Assembly (NCBI GenBank): GCA_963754255.1 | Contig: CAVWEW010000008.1 | Span: 462,757-526,756 of the forward strand | Source: an uncultured Actinomycetota bacterium | GTDB taxonomy: Bacteria > Actinomycetota > Acidimicrobiia > Acidimicrobiales > Bog-793 | Length of the DNA: 64,000 bases | Reading direction: 5' to 3' | Shown: positions 31,399-40,938 of the stretch, piece by piece | How positions within the stretch are numbered: the stretch's first letter is position 1 | How the letters are laid out: each line of letters starts with the position of its first letter | Notes under the pieces: model-generated | Databases searched by the model: none | The model's input: only the letters and a program-made list of their open reading frames with translations | What the model was told of the DNA's origin: nothing | Program-made: the position numbers and the translations under genes

Positions 31399-31561
31399 CG
31401 TGGCGGGTCTCAGCTGGCAAGTCAGTGGTCGTAGGGGAGCTGGCGGAGTCGGACGAAGAGCGCATCAGTATTCTCGGTGCTCAGCCTACTGGCGGTCGAG
31501 GTGACGACTGATCCATGTTCATTTGGTCCTCACGTTGGCTCGCCGGACGACGGGAGGGTGG

Positions 31562-32808
31562 ATGAAGTTCGGCATCTTCTACGAGCATCAGCTTCCCCGT
31601 CCGTGGGCGACGGCAGTGAGCACCAGCTCCTGCACGATGCCCTCGAGCAGATCGAGATCGCCGACCGGATCGGCCTCGATCACGTGTGGGAGGTCGAGCA
31701 CCATTTCCTCGAGGAGTACTCGCACTCGAGCGCCCCGGAGGTCTTCCTGGCTGCGGCGAGCCAGCGTACCTCCCGGATCCGCCTCGGTCACGGCATCGTC
31801 GCCCTCCCGCCCGCCTACAACCATCCGGCCCGCGTGGCCGAACGTGTCGCGACTCTCGACCTGTTGTCCGACGGCCGTGTGGAGCTCGGCACCGGCGAGA
31901 CCTCGTCGAACATCGAGCTCGGCGGCTTCAACGTCGAGCGGGCAGAGAAACGTGCCCAGTGGTCAGAAGCTCTCGACGTCGTGACCAGGCTGTTCGTAGA
32001 GGAGCCTTTCGCCGGCTACGACGGGCAGTTCGTCCAGATGCCGCCGAGGAACCTCGTGCCTCGGCCGATGCAGCGCCCGCATCCGCCACTGTGGGTCGCC
32101 TGCAGCCGCCGGGAGACGATCCACCTCGCTGCCGAGAAGGGCATCGGGGCGCTCTCGTTCTCCTTCATCGAGGGAGCAGAGGCGAAGCTCTTCGTGGACG
32201 ACTACTACGCCACGCTCTGCTCGTCGGCCTGCATCCCGGCCGGCTTTGCCGTCAACCCCAACGTGGCGGTGGTGCTGCCCTTCATGCTCGATCACGACGA
32301 GGAACGGGCCATCGACAAGGGGCTCGACGGAGCCCACTTCTTCGCCTACTCGCTCGGTCACTACTACGTCTTCGGCGATCACCGCCCCGGTCGCACCGAC
32401 GTCTGGTCGGAGTTCGAGGAACGGCGCAGCCTCTTCGGCTTCGATCGCCGGGTGGCATCGAGGACCGGCGGCCCGCTGGCGGCCCGGCTGTACGAACAGG
32501 AGATGGGATCACTCCGGGGAGCGATCGGGACGCCGGCGCAGGTGCGCGAGCTCCTCGGCCAGTACGCCGAGGCCGGCGTCGACGAGGTGATCTTCGTCAG
32601 CCAGGCCGGCCGCAACCGCCACGAGGACATCTGCGCCTCTCTCGAGCTGTTCGCCGACGAGGTGCTGCCGGACTTCGCCGACGATGAGCCGGAGCGGGAG
32701 CATCACAAGGCTGAGCGTCTCGGCGAGGCCATGGAAGCAGCTCTGGCGCGCCGGGAGCCGGCGAGGAAGGTCGAGCCCGACGTGGTGCCGGCGGCGGCTC
32801 AGCCGTAG
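31562..32808 (+). CDS. LLM-class (luciferase-like) flavin/F420-dependent oxidoreductase, apparent frameshift near 31605
   Basis: ATG 31562 gives MKFGIFYEHQLPRPW, a typical LLM N-terminus. The body (GDGSEHQLLHDALEQIEIADRIGLDHVWEVEHHFLEEYSHSSAPE...) is in the frame of ORF 31477..32808. The switch falls at a GGG run. Confidence 0.8.
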
Positions 32809-32847
32809 CCTCGGCACCACTGAGCAAGCGAGACAGGAGGGCAGCAA

Positions 32848-33314
32848 GATGGCCGCACTGCAAGAGGGAGAGCCGGCGCCGGATTTTGCCTTGCCCGACG
32901 AGCACGGCAACGATCGTCCGCCTCGCCGACTTCGCCGGCAAGCGGGTTGTCGTCTACTTCTACCCGGCCGACGACACACCCGGCTGCACGAAAGAGGCTT
33001 GTCAGTTCACCGAACGCGACACCGCCTTCGAGCAAGCCGGCATAGAGGTTGTCGGCGTCTCTCCCGACGATGCCGCCTCGCACCAGCGGTTCCGCCAGAA
33101 GTACGGCCTCACTGTTCGCCTGCTCACAGACGCCTCCCACGAGGTCATGGAGCGCTACGGAGCCTGGGGGGAGAAGACGCTCTACGGGCGGAAGAGCACC
33201 GGGGTCATGCGCACGACCGTGCTCATCGGTCCCGACGGCGTCGTGCTGCGGGTGTGGCGCCACGTCCGGGCGGACGGCCACGCCGAGAAGGTGCTCGCCG
33301 CAGCAGGTGGCTGA
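32848..33314 (+). CDS. bcp: peroxiredoxin Q/BCP thiol peroxidase, apparent frameshift near 32915
   Basis: An AGGAGG RBS precedes ATG 32848 (MAALQEGEPAPDFALPDEHGN). It continues in the frame of ORF 32886..33314 (VRLADFAGKRVVVYFYPADDTPGCTKEAC...). The length is 467 nt. Confidence 0.85.
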
Positions 33315-33966
33315 TGCCTGTGCTCGCCGGAAGGCCGGAGGTCGTCCCGGCTGAGCCGACGGCGGCGCGTGCCAGGCTGCCGATGAGGAACATGAGAGAC
33401 GCCCCGGCGAGCACGCCGAGGCCGAGAGCGACGTCGCCGAGCCCGCTCAGTCCGGTTGCCATGGCGACGACGAGCCACCCGGCCGCCCCGCCCGCGGCGC
33501 CGATTGCCGCCACCCAGCCGGCCCTCGAGAGACCGGGGCTGTTGCGCCTCACCTTGCTGTCCCCGGAGTCGATGGCATAGCCGCCGGCCTCGGCGACGGC
33601 GAGCAGCACCGCTCCCGACGCCGCCGCCACGACGGCGGCATCAGGACGCGACGGCGGAAGGCCGGCCAGCCCGGCTGCCCCGGCGGCTGCCAGCACCGAC
33701 ACGACGAGCGCAGCGACGCTTCTCCTGCCCGTCGCCACGATCAGGGCCGCCATCGAGAAGAGCCCGAGGGCGGCCACGGCGGCACCTGTGGAAAGGGGAG
33801 CCCTCGCGGTACCGAAGGCGGTCAGCAAGCAGTCGAGGCCGAGGCCGCTCCCGACGGCCGCCGGCGCGACGCCGAAGGCTTGACGGAGCGGCGCGGCCGC
33901 CGCTACTCCTGCCCGCCCCACGGCTGTCTGTCGGAAGGGTGAGCGGGCGGGGTTGTCCGCGGTCAC
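33223..33966 (-). CDS. hypothetical Ala/Gly-rich integral membrane protein, last gene of the MoxR operon
   Basis: 247-aa ORF with a 4-nt overlap with the DUF58 gene stop and several hydrophobic segments. The Arg-rich last ~30 codons overlap the convergent bcp gene, so the 3' end is doubtful. Confidence 0.45.
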   Translation of the reverse strand: MTADNPARSPFRQTAVGRAGVAAAAPLRQAFGVAPAAVGSGLGLDCLLTAFGTARAPLSTGAAVAALGLFSMAALIVATGRRSVAALVVSVLAAAGAAGLAGLPPSRPDAAVVAAASGAVLLAVAEAGGYAIDSGDSKVRRNSPGLSRAGWVAAIGAAGGAAGWLVVAMATGLSGLGDVALGLGVLAGASLMFLIGSLARAAVGSAGTTSGLPASTGISHLLRRAPSRRGRPPGRGATPAARRRRDR

Positions 33967-35236
33967 CGGAGCATCCCCGAGCCCCGGACCGCCCGCCGGA
34001 AGGCGGCGATCTCCATCAAGGCCGAAGCGGTGCCGTCGGCGCCGGCGATGGTGCTGATCGGGACGCCCAGCTGCCAGAACCGGTGACGGATCTCCTGGCG
34101 CTCGAGCTGCAGGATCCGCCAGGCCACCGAGCCGCTGAGGGACAGATCCGCTCCGGGTGGCGGGTGGCTGGGGCGGACCTCGATGACGGCCAGGTCCTGT
34201 GCCCTCGAACGCAGAGAGGCGAGGGAGGAGACGAATCGATCATCGGCGAGCGGTGAGACCGCCAGCACGAGCGAGCCCACCGGGAACAGGCGCCGCGGGA
34301 TGATGTCGGCCGTCTTCCAGGCATAGGAGAAGTACGCCTCGGAGGCGAGCAGAGACGCCCGCAGACGGGCGAGCTGGGCGGGGCCGGTGCCTGGCTCCAC
34401 CCAGTCGAGCACGCCGCCGAAGCAGATGAGACCGACGCGGTCGTGCTGCCGGAGGTAGGTATCGGCCAGGTTGAGGGCGACCGAGATGACGCTCGGCAAG
34501 GGGGCGTCGGCGAAGGTGTCCACGAGGAGCACGATGTCGGTGCTCCTCTCGGGGTGGTACAGGTTGACGCACGTCGCCTGCCGCCTGGCAGTCGCCCGCC
34601 AGTTGACGCGCCGCTCGAGCGCGCCCGACTGCTGCTCGCGCACCTCGGAGAATTCGATCCCGTCCAGGGAGAGCCGGGCGACCCGATCTCCGGCCGTCGC
34701 CCGGACACGCTCCGGCCGCACCAAGGAGCCGAGCCGTGCCGGGGCGGGACGCACCTCGATCCTGACGATGTCACCGGCGGTCACGAGCCCGGCCACGGCG
34801 CCGGAGCGGTTGGTGAACCTCATCTCCAAAGCCCCGGCGGCGAACCGCCCGGGCCGAGTGGGGCGAAGCGCGCACGAGATGATCTCGGGCTGCTCGCCGA
34901 GGAGGAGCCGCCAGCGGGTCGGATCATCGGCCTGCAGGGCCGGTGGCAGGACGAGGCTGACCTCGCAAGCCAGGGGGCCCCCGCCAGGTGCCGACGCCAG
35001 CTCTACTGCGAATCTGCACCCGGTCGCCGGGCGAGACGACGAGGGGCGTGACGCTGGTGGTCACCACCGGCGGCTCGGGGCGCGCCCGCACTCAAGCCCA
35101 GCACGGCCGCCAGCGCCGAGGGGGGCGGCCAGCGCCACGAGCATGACGTCGCCGGTCACGGCGGCGGCGAGCAATGCGAGCGCCGCGGTGATTCCCTCGG
35201 CGAGGACCTTCCCGCTGACCCGCCAGGTCACTCCCA
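33963..35236 (-). CDS. DUF58 (vWA-like) protein, MoxR partner; two apparent frameshifts (about 35078 and about 35010)
   Basis: ATG 35236 overlaps the MoxR stop and gives a TM N-terminus (MGVTWRVSGKVLAEGITAALALLAAAVTGDVMLVALAA). The middle part (PEPPVVTTSVTPLVVSPGDRVQI / AVELASAPGGGPLACEVSLVLPPAL) and ORF 33963..34829 (RRVNWRATARR...IVLLVDT...) follow in other frames. Confidence 0.8.
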
Positions 35237-36199
35237 TCCGACCGGCACCGGAACCGCGCTGAGGCATTGCCGCACGACCTCGGCGCTCTGCACGCCGCGA
35301 AGCCACAGCTCGGGCCGGAGGGAGAGCCGGTGGGCCAGGCACGGCTCGGCGACGGCTTTCACGTCGTCCGGCAGCACGAAGTCGCGCCCGTTGAGGGCGG
35401 CCCGAGCCCGCGCCGCCTGCAGAAGCGCCACTGATGCCCGCGGGCTGGCCCCCACCTGCACGCCGGGTGCCTCCCTCGTCGACCTCACCACCTCGACCAG
35501 GTACCCCGCCACCGCGGGCGAGATTTCGACCCTCTCGACGGCGCCGCACATGGCGAGCAGCGTGGACGGCTCCACGACAGCCTCGAGGCGGACGTCCTCC
35601 CGACCGCGCGCTGCTCGACGCTCGACCAGCTCCTGCTCGCTCCGGCGGTCCGGGTAGCCGATGCTCACCCGCAGCACGAAGCGGTCGAGCTGTGCCTCGG
35701 GCAGTGGGTAGGTCCCCTCGTACTCGATGGGGTTCTGGGTGGCGAAGACGGCGAAGGGCTCAGGCAGCGGGTGTGAGGTGCCGTCAGCGGTCACCTGGTG
35801 CTCCTGCATCGCCTCGAGCAGGGCCGCCTGCGTCTTCGGGGGCGCCCGGTTGATCTCGTCGCCGAGTACGAGGTTGGCGAAGAGGGGCCCTGGTCGGAAC
35901 TCGAGCTCGTTCCGCCGGGCGTCGTAGAAGGATGAGCCCGTCACGTCGGCCGGCATCAGGTCCGGCGTGAACTGGATGCGGGAGTACAAGAGGCCCGTCG
36001 TCTGGCAGAGGGAGCGCACGAGCAGGGTCTTGGCCACTCCGGGGACGTCCTCGAGGAGCACATGGCCCCCGGCGAGGATGCCGAGGAGGACGAGCTCGAT
36101 GCTCGCCCGCTTGCCGACGATGGCCCGCTCCACCTCGGTGCAGATCGTCTCCGAGAGGCGGCCGACCTCGGTGAGGGGAAGCGGCTCGGTGATCGTCAC
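35228..36199 (-). CDS. MoxR-family AAA+ ATPase
   Basis: 323-aa ORF with Walker A-like GVPGVAKT, LLEDVP, Walker B LGDEINRAPPKTQAALLEAMQE, and VFATQNP. Confidence 0.95.
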   Translation of the reverse strand: MTITEPLPLTEVGRLSETICTEVERAIVGKRASIELVLLGILAGGHVLLEDVPGVAKTLLVRSLCQTTGLLYSRIQFTPDLMPADVTGSSFYDARRNELEFRPGPLFANLVLGDEINRAPPKTQAALLEAMQEHQVTADGTSHPLPEPFAVFATQNPIEYEGTYPLPEAQLDRFVLRVSIGYPDRRSEQELVERRAARGREDVRLEAVVEPSTLLAMCGAVERVEISPAVAGYLVEVVRSTREAPGVQVGASPRASVALLQAARARAALNGRDFVLPDDVKAVAEPCLAHRLSLRPELWLRGVQSAEVVRQCLSAVPVPVGWE

Positions 36200-36267
36200 A
36201 GCTCTCCCGACCCCCTCACGCCAAGTCCCGATCCGGCCGAGAGGTGTTCGGTGATCGTCACAGCTCT
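36186..36267. repeat. 20-nt perfect direct repeat (TCGGTGATCGTCACAGCTCT) at 36186-36205 and 36248-36267, with a degenerate copy of flanking sequence
   Basis: Copy 1 contains the MoxR GTG start. Copy 2 contains the stop of the upstream gene. The 42 nt after copy 1 weakly resemble the sequence after copy 2. Confidence 0.8.
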
Positions 36268-36776
36268 TCCAACGCCTTCACGAGTGGATCGATCTCGGAG
36301 ATGGGAATCCCAGGCGCGAGCCGGTCAGCCGGCATGGCGATGCGCGGATCGACCAGCTTGAACGATTCTCCGAGCAAGGCCCGCGCTCGCTCCGGGTCGG
36401 AGAGCGGCACGCCGCGCCGGTTCAGCTTTGCGGCCGCGAGGGCGCTCAACCTCGGCCGGACGAGGAGGCGGTAGTCGCCGATGGTGGTGGCGCCGAAACG
36501 AAGGGCCCGTTCGAGCTCCTGCCAGGCGGCGCCCGTCGGGTCAAGGGCCTCGACCTCCGGTTCACTCCCGGCGCGGGCCGCTCCCGCTCCGCTCCAGCCG
36601 CGGCGGCCCCGCCGCAGCCACGACGCCGCCGACAGAGCCGCCAGGCCGCCCATCACCGCCGCGTAGGAGCGGACGGCCACACCCGGATCCGGCGCCCCGT
36701 CGACCAGGGCCAGCACGATGCCGGTCGTGGCCACGGCGGCCACGAAGGCCACCATCCGGCGCAGGGTGCGGCTCAC
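36258..36776 (-). CDS. hypothetical membrane-anchored protein (MoxR operon)
   Basis: 172-aa ORF with an N-terminal TM helix (MVAFVAAVATTGIVLALV) and a 4-nt overlap with the DUF4129 gene stop. I recognise no family. Confidence 0.55.
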   Translation of the reverse strand: MSRTLRRMVAFVAAVATTGIVLALVDGAPDPGVAVRSYAAVMGGLAALSAASWLRRGRRGWSGAGAARAGSEPEVEALDPTGAAWQELERALRFGATTIGDYRLLVRPRLSALAAAKLNRRGVPLSDPERARALLGESFKLVDPRIAMPADRLAPGIPISEIDPLVKALEEL

Positions 36777-37621
36777 ACGGCCGCTCCTAGCTCTGCTCGC
36801 ACCCTGTGCAGGGCGGCGATGGCGCTCGACCGTAGCGACTCCTCGACAGGACGGGTCGTGTAGCGGGCGAGCTCGAACACCGCGGTCAGATGACTGGCTG
36901 CGTCCGCCGAGGCGCCGGCGGCATCGAGCAGGCGTTCGAGGAACTCAGACGGCGTCTCGTCGATCCGCCGGACGGCGCCTGTCTCACCGGCGGCATGCGT
37001 CATCGCCACGTAGGCGGCTATCACGGCCCGCCTCGGGTCGGGCTCCTGCTCGGGATCGGGCACGCGGACTTCGGCTAGTGACCGGGCGAGAGAGCTCGGC
37101 TCGGCCGGCGGCCACTCGATCCGGCGGTCGCTCCGCTCCAGGTGGCCGAAGGGGCGGTGGTGTCGCCACCGGAGGATCCGCCGGCGCAGGAGAAGGAGAG
37201 CGAGCACGGCGAGCACGGCGGCGACGGTGGACAGAGAGGCGGCCGGGACGAAGCTCACCGCCGAGTGCGCGGCCGTGTGGCCCGTTGCGGCGGCTGCGCC
37301 TGGCCTAGGCGAGAACAACCGCTGGCGCCGACGGGCGGCGACGAACAGCACCAGCACCAGTAGCACCAGGACGGGGAGGGCCGCTGCCAGCCGTCGGGGT
37401 TTCTGTTCCTGCCCGGCATGGATCCGTGCGCCCCGGTGCCCGATGAGGGACACCGAGAGCACCCAGAGCAGGCATCCCATGGCAAACAGCCCGAAGAGGG
37501 TGACGGCGACGGTGAGGGTGACGGAGGCAGGGTGCCTTTGGAGCGCGGCAGTCCCGATCCCTACGCCGGACACGGCGGCGGCGACCGCGCCGAGGAGGAG
37601 GAGGGCCAGCAGGCTCAGCAT
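36773..37621 (-). CDS. DUF4129 domain membrane protein
   Basis: ORF 36773..37978. I moved the start to ATG 37621 (MLSLLALLLLGAVAAAV). It has several TM helices and a C-terminal ..RRIDETPSEFLERLL....LTAVFELARYTTRPV pattern typical of DUF4129. The start is uncertain; ATG 37852 is an alternative. Confidence 0.6.
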   Translation of the reverse strand: MLSLLALLLLGAVAAAVSGVGIGTAALQRHPASVTLTVAVTLFGLFAMGCLLWVLSVSLIGHRGARIHAGQEQKPRRLAAALPVLVLLVLVLFVAARRRQRLFSPRPGAAAATGHTAAHSAVSFVPAASLSTVAAVLAVLALLLLRRRILRWRHHRPFGHLERSDRRIEWPPAEPSSLARSLAEVRVPDPEQEPDPRRAVIAAYVAMTHAAGETGAVRRIDETPSEFLERLLDAAGASADAASHLTAVFELARYTTRPVEESLRSSAIAALHRVRAELGAAV

Positions 37622-37831
37622 GAGGGCTCGGCGGCCCCCGTCACGGAGCCGGGTGGGCGAGGGGGGCGTCGCGGCGACCTCCAGAAGTCGTGCACGTCTG
37701 CGTGCTATGTCGCACGAGCAGTGTAAGACGACAGCGGCGATCCCGCCTATTTGGGTGATGTCGCCGGCCCTGCCGTAGTATCGGTCGCCACTGGTCCACC
37801 TAGCCGGTGTGCATAGGCGAAGGAGAGGCGC

Positions 37832-38956
37832 GTGCCCCCAGAGAAGCCGCATTGGGCCCACCTCCTGCGCGAGGTGGTGACGTCCGGCCTGTGCACGGGA
37901 TGCGCCGCCTGCGTGGTGGCCTGTCCCTACGACGTCCTCGGCTACGACGACACCCTCGGGCGCTACAGGCCCTTCCACGTCGAGGAGTCAGGCGGACCGG
38001 AGGACTGCACCTACGGGGAGCGTGGCTGCACCCTGTGCACGAGGGCGTGCCCCCGGTTCAGGGACTGGGAGACAGACGTCGACAGGTTCCTGTTCGGTCG
38101 GGAGCGCCTCGACGAGGAGGTATTCGGCATCTCGCAGTCCGTGGTCCTCGCCAGGTCGGCCGACCCGGAGATCAACCAGGCCGGCCAGGACGGGGGGCTC
38201 GTCTCGGCGCTGCTCATCTACGCCCTCGAGAACGACATCATCGACGCCGCCCTCGTCTCGTATCTCGAGGGCGACGGCACGTCGTGGAAGGCGGTGCCGG
38301 GCGTGGCGACCACCCGCTCCCAGGTGCTCGACTCAGCCGGATCGCGTTACACCTACTCCGCCAATCCGCTCGCTTACTCTGCGGCCATCGAAGGCGGAGC
38401 AGAGCGGATCGCCCTCGTCGGCATGAGCTGCCAGTCCTCCGCCCCGCCGGTGATGGCCGCCCGGAAGGCCGGCAAGGTGGCCCGGCGCTTCGTCCTCACG
38501 ATCGGGCTGCTCTGCTCCAAGACGTTCGACGATGCCATCTTCGCCGAGCTGTTCGAGGCCCGCTACGGCTTGGCCCGCCAGGAGATCCTGAAGATGAACA
38601 TCAAGGGCGTCTTCCAGGTATGGATGCGGGACGGGAGCTACCACGAGATCCCGCTGAAGGAGGCGCACGCCTGGACGAGGGAGGGATGCAAGGCGTGCCC
38701 GGACTTCGCCGCCGAGCACGCGGACATCTCGACCGGCGGCATCGGGGCCTTCGGGGACTGGACCCTCACCGTTGCCCGGACCGACCGGGGGCGGGAGCTC
38801 ATGGAACAGCTGGAGGCGGCTGGGGCGATCGAGGTACGGCCCTCGACCGATGACCCGGCGGCCGTCGAGCTGATGCGCAAGCTCTCCCGGGTGAGCCGCC
38901 GGCGGTGGCCGGAGACGGCGGTGCCGGCTCCCCGGCGGCTCGTGATCAGCCTCTGA
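37832..38956 (+). CDS. coenzyme F420 hydrogenase/dehydrogenase beta-subunit (FrhB/FdhB) family Fe-S flavoprotein
   Basis: 374-aa ORF with an AAGGAGAG RBS before GTG 37832. It has ferredoxin-type cysteine clusters (CTGCAACVVACP, CTLCTRACP) followed by the FrhB-like body and a C-terminal CKACPDF. Confidence 0.7.
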   Translation: MPPEKPHWAHLLREVVTSGLCTGCAACVVACPYDVLGYDDTLGRYRPFHVEESGGPEDCTYGERGCTLCTRACPRFRDWETDVDRFLFGRERLDEEVFGISQSVVLARSADPEINQAGQDGGLVSALLIYALENDIIDAALVSYLEGDGTSWKAVPGVATTRSQVLDSAGSRYTYSANPLAYSAAIEGGAERIALVGMSCQSSAPPVMAARKAGKVARRFVLTIGLLCSKTFDDAIFAELFEARYGLARQEILKMNIKGVFQVWMRDGSYHEIPLKEAHAWTREGCKACPDFAAEHADISTGGIGAFGDWTLTVARTDRGRELMEQLEAAGAIEVRPSTDDPAAVELMRKLSRVSRRRWPETAVPAPRRLVISL

Positions 38957-39695
38957 CCTCCTGCAGGAGCTCCCTGCAGCGCCCGAGCACGGAATCGAAC
39001 ATCGGTGCCGTCAACAGGCCGGTGAAGACGTTGCGCTGGCTCGGGTGGTACGTGCAGACGATCGTCTGGCCCCCTGTCACGGGCACCTCGTTGCCGTGCG
39101 CAAAGCGGGGGCGGGGCCGCGGGAGGCCGGCCCGAAGTGCGGGCACCCGGGCGAGGCAGTCGTAGGCGAATGCGCCGAGGGCGAGGAAGACGCGGGCATC
39201 GCTCAGCAGGCCGAGCTCCTCGGTGAGGAAGTCGCCGCAGGCATCCCGCTCTGCCGGGGTCGGCCGGTTGTCCGGCGGGGCGCAGCGCACGGGCGCCGTC
39301 ATGTAGGCGTCGAGGAGGCGGAGGCCGTCGCCGGCAGACCGCGACGTCGGCTGGCTGGCGAAGCCGTGCCGGTGAAGCGCCGCCACGAGAAAGTCACCGC
39401 TGCGGTCACCGGTGAACATCCGGCCGGTCCGGTTGCCGCCGTGGGCGGCCGGGGCGAGGCCGACCACCACCAGCCGAGCTGCCTCGTCCCCGAAACCCGC
39501 CAGCGGCCTCGCCCAGTAGTGCTGGCCGGCGAAGGCGGGCGGCGGGTGCTCGGCGACCGCGTTTCGCCAGGCCACGAGGCGAGGGCATGCGGTGCACGAT
39601 TCGATGCGCTCGTGCAACGCCGCCAGCTGTGACCGCCGAGGCCGCGGTGTCGGCTCGTCGCTCGGCGTGCCGGACGGGGGCGTCGCGGGTCTCAC
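38946..39695 (-). CDS. uracil-DNA glycosylase, family 4/5 (UdgB-like)
   Basis: 249-aa ORF with the Fe-S Cys motif CTACPRL, the active-site block GLAPAAHGGNRTGRMFTGD, and a C-terminal HPSQRN. Confidence 0.8.
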   Translation of the reverse strand: MRPATPPSGTPSDEPTPRPRRSQLAALHERIESCTACPRLVAWRNAVAEHPPPAFAGQHYWARPLAGFGDEAARLVVVGLAPAAHGGNRTGRMFTGDRSGDFLVAALHRHGFASQPTSRSAGDGLRLLDAYMTAPVRCAPPDNRPTPAERDACGDFLTEELGLLSDARVFLALGAFAYDCLARVPALRAGLPRPRPRFAHGNEVPVTGGQTIVCTYHPSQRNVFTGLLTAPMFDSVLGRCRELLQEVRG

Positions 39696-39716
39696 GGAGG
39701 TGAACGGTACGGTGTC

Positions 39717-40403
39717 GTGATGCCGCGGTCACGACGCCAGGCCGACCGTCCGACGACGGTGTGCTTCGTTCGGCACGGAACCACGCCGACGACAGGCAAG
39801 GTGCTGCCCGGCCGTGCCCGCGGCCTGCACCTCTCCGACGCCGGCATCGCGGAGGCCAAAGGGGTCGCCGCTCGTCTGGCCGACGTCCCGGTGGCGGCGG
39901 TTTACGCTTCGCCGCTCGAGCGCGCCCGCGAGACCGCGGCCCCCATCGCCGACCAGGTCAAACGGCCGATCGTCGTTGATCGCGCTCTCGTCGAGTGCGA
40001 CTTCGGAGAATGGACCGGTGCGGAGCTCGCCAAGCTTCGCAAGCTGCCCGAATGGAGCTCCGTGCAGCAGTGGCCTTCGGGCTTCCGCTTTCCGGGCGGC
40101 GAGTCGTTTGCCGAGGTACAGGCACGCCTGAGCGGTGTCGTGCTCGCCTACCGGGCCCGCCACCCGGGCGAAGTGGTGGTCGCCGTGTCACACGCCGACT
40201 GCATCAAGGTGGCGCTGGCGAGCGCTCTCGGCGTTCCGCTGGACCTCTTCCAACGGATCGTCGTCGGGACCTGCTCGACGAGCGTGGTCGCCTACGGGAG
40301 TGCGGGCGCCACGGTGGTGGCCGTCAACACCTACGGGGTCGTGCCCGGCCTCGCCGCCACAAAACGTCCCGGAGCCGGCGAAGGAGCCTCCCGGCGTGAG
40401 TGA
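39717..40403 (+). CDS. histidine phosphatase (phosphoglycerate-mutase-like) family protein
   Basis: 228-aa ORF with the RHG catalytic motif (VCFVRHGTT), later SPLERARETA and a SHAD histidine. It is the first gene of a conserved actinobacterial triad. Confidence 0.8.
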   Translation: MMPRSRRQADRPTTVCFVRHGTTPTTGKVLPGRARGLHLSDAGIAEAKGVAARLADVPVAAVYASPLERARETAAPIADQVKRPIVVDRALVECDFGEWTGAELAKLRKLPEWSSVQQWPSGFRFPGGESFAEVQARLSGVVLAYRARHPGEVVVAVSHADCIKVALASALGVPLDLFQRIVVGTCSTSVVAYGSAGATVVAVNTYGVVPGLAATKRPGAGEGASRRE

Positions 40404-40938
40404 GACTTACGACCTCGACCGGCCCGACCGAGTCACTGTCGGCACTGTCGGACCCGTGGGGGAGCGTCTGTTCGTGCTCCAGGTGCGAGAGGGCGCCCGG
40501 CTGGTCACGATGAAGCTGGAAAAGATGCAGCTGTCCGCCCTCTGCCGGCGTCTCGGCCGGCTGCTGCGCGAGCTGCCGCGGCCTCACGAGTTGCCCGGGG
40601 CGGCTGGCCTGCAGCTCGAACCGTTCGGTGAGCCCGATTTCGTCGTGCGCTACCTCGTGCTCACCTATGACGAGGTCGCCGACCGGATAGTGCTGCTCGC
40701 CGACGAGATCGACCGGACGGAGACGCCTGTCGGTGTCGAGGGCCTCGAAGAGGCCGCCGACCTCGACGGATCGACGGCGCGTATGTCCATGACCCGGGAA
40801 CAGGCCGCTGCCGTCGCCATCCGGGGGACCGAGCTCGTCGAGGCGGGACGGCCCCCCTGTCCGCTGTGCGGCCACCCGCTCGACCCGAGAGGACACGCGT
40901 GCCCGAGGACGAACGGGAACCAGCCTCCCCTCCCCTGA
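40396..40938 (+). CDS. DUF3090 family protein
   Basis: An AAGGAG RBS precedes GTG 40396, which overlaps the upstream stop. The sequence VSETYDLDRPDRVTVGTVGPVGERLFVLQ... with a C-terminal CPLCGHPLDPRGHACPR matches the DUF3090 pattern as I recall it. Confidence 0.7.
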   Translation: MSETYDLDRPDRVTVGTVGPVGERLFVLQVREGARLVTMKLEKMQLSALCRRLGRLLRELPRPHELPGAAGLQLEPFGEPDFVVRYLVLTYDEVADRIVLLADEIDRTETPVGVEGLEEAADLDGSTARMSMTREQAAAVAIRGTELVEAGRPPCPLCGHPLDPRGHACPRTNGNQPPLP

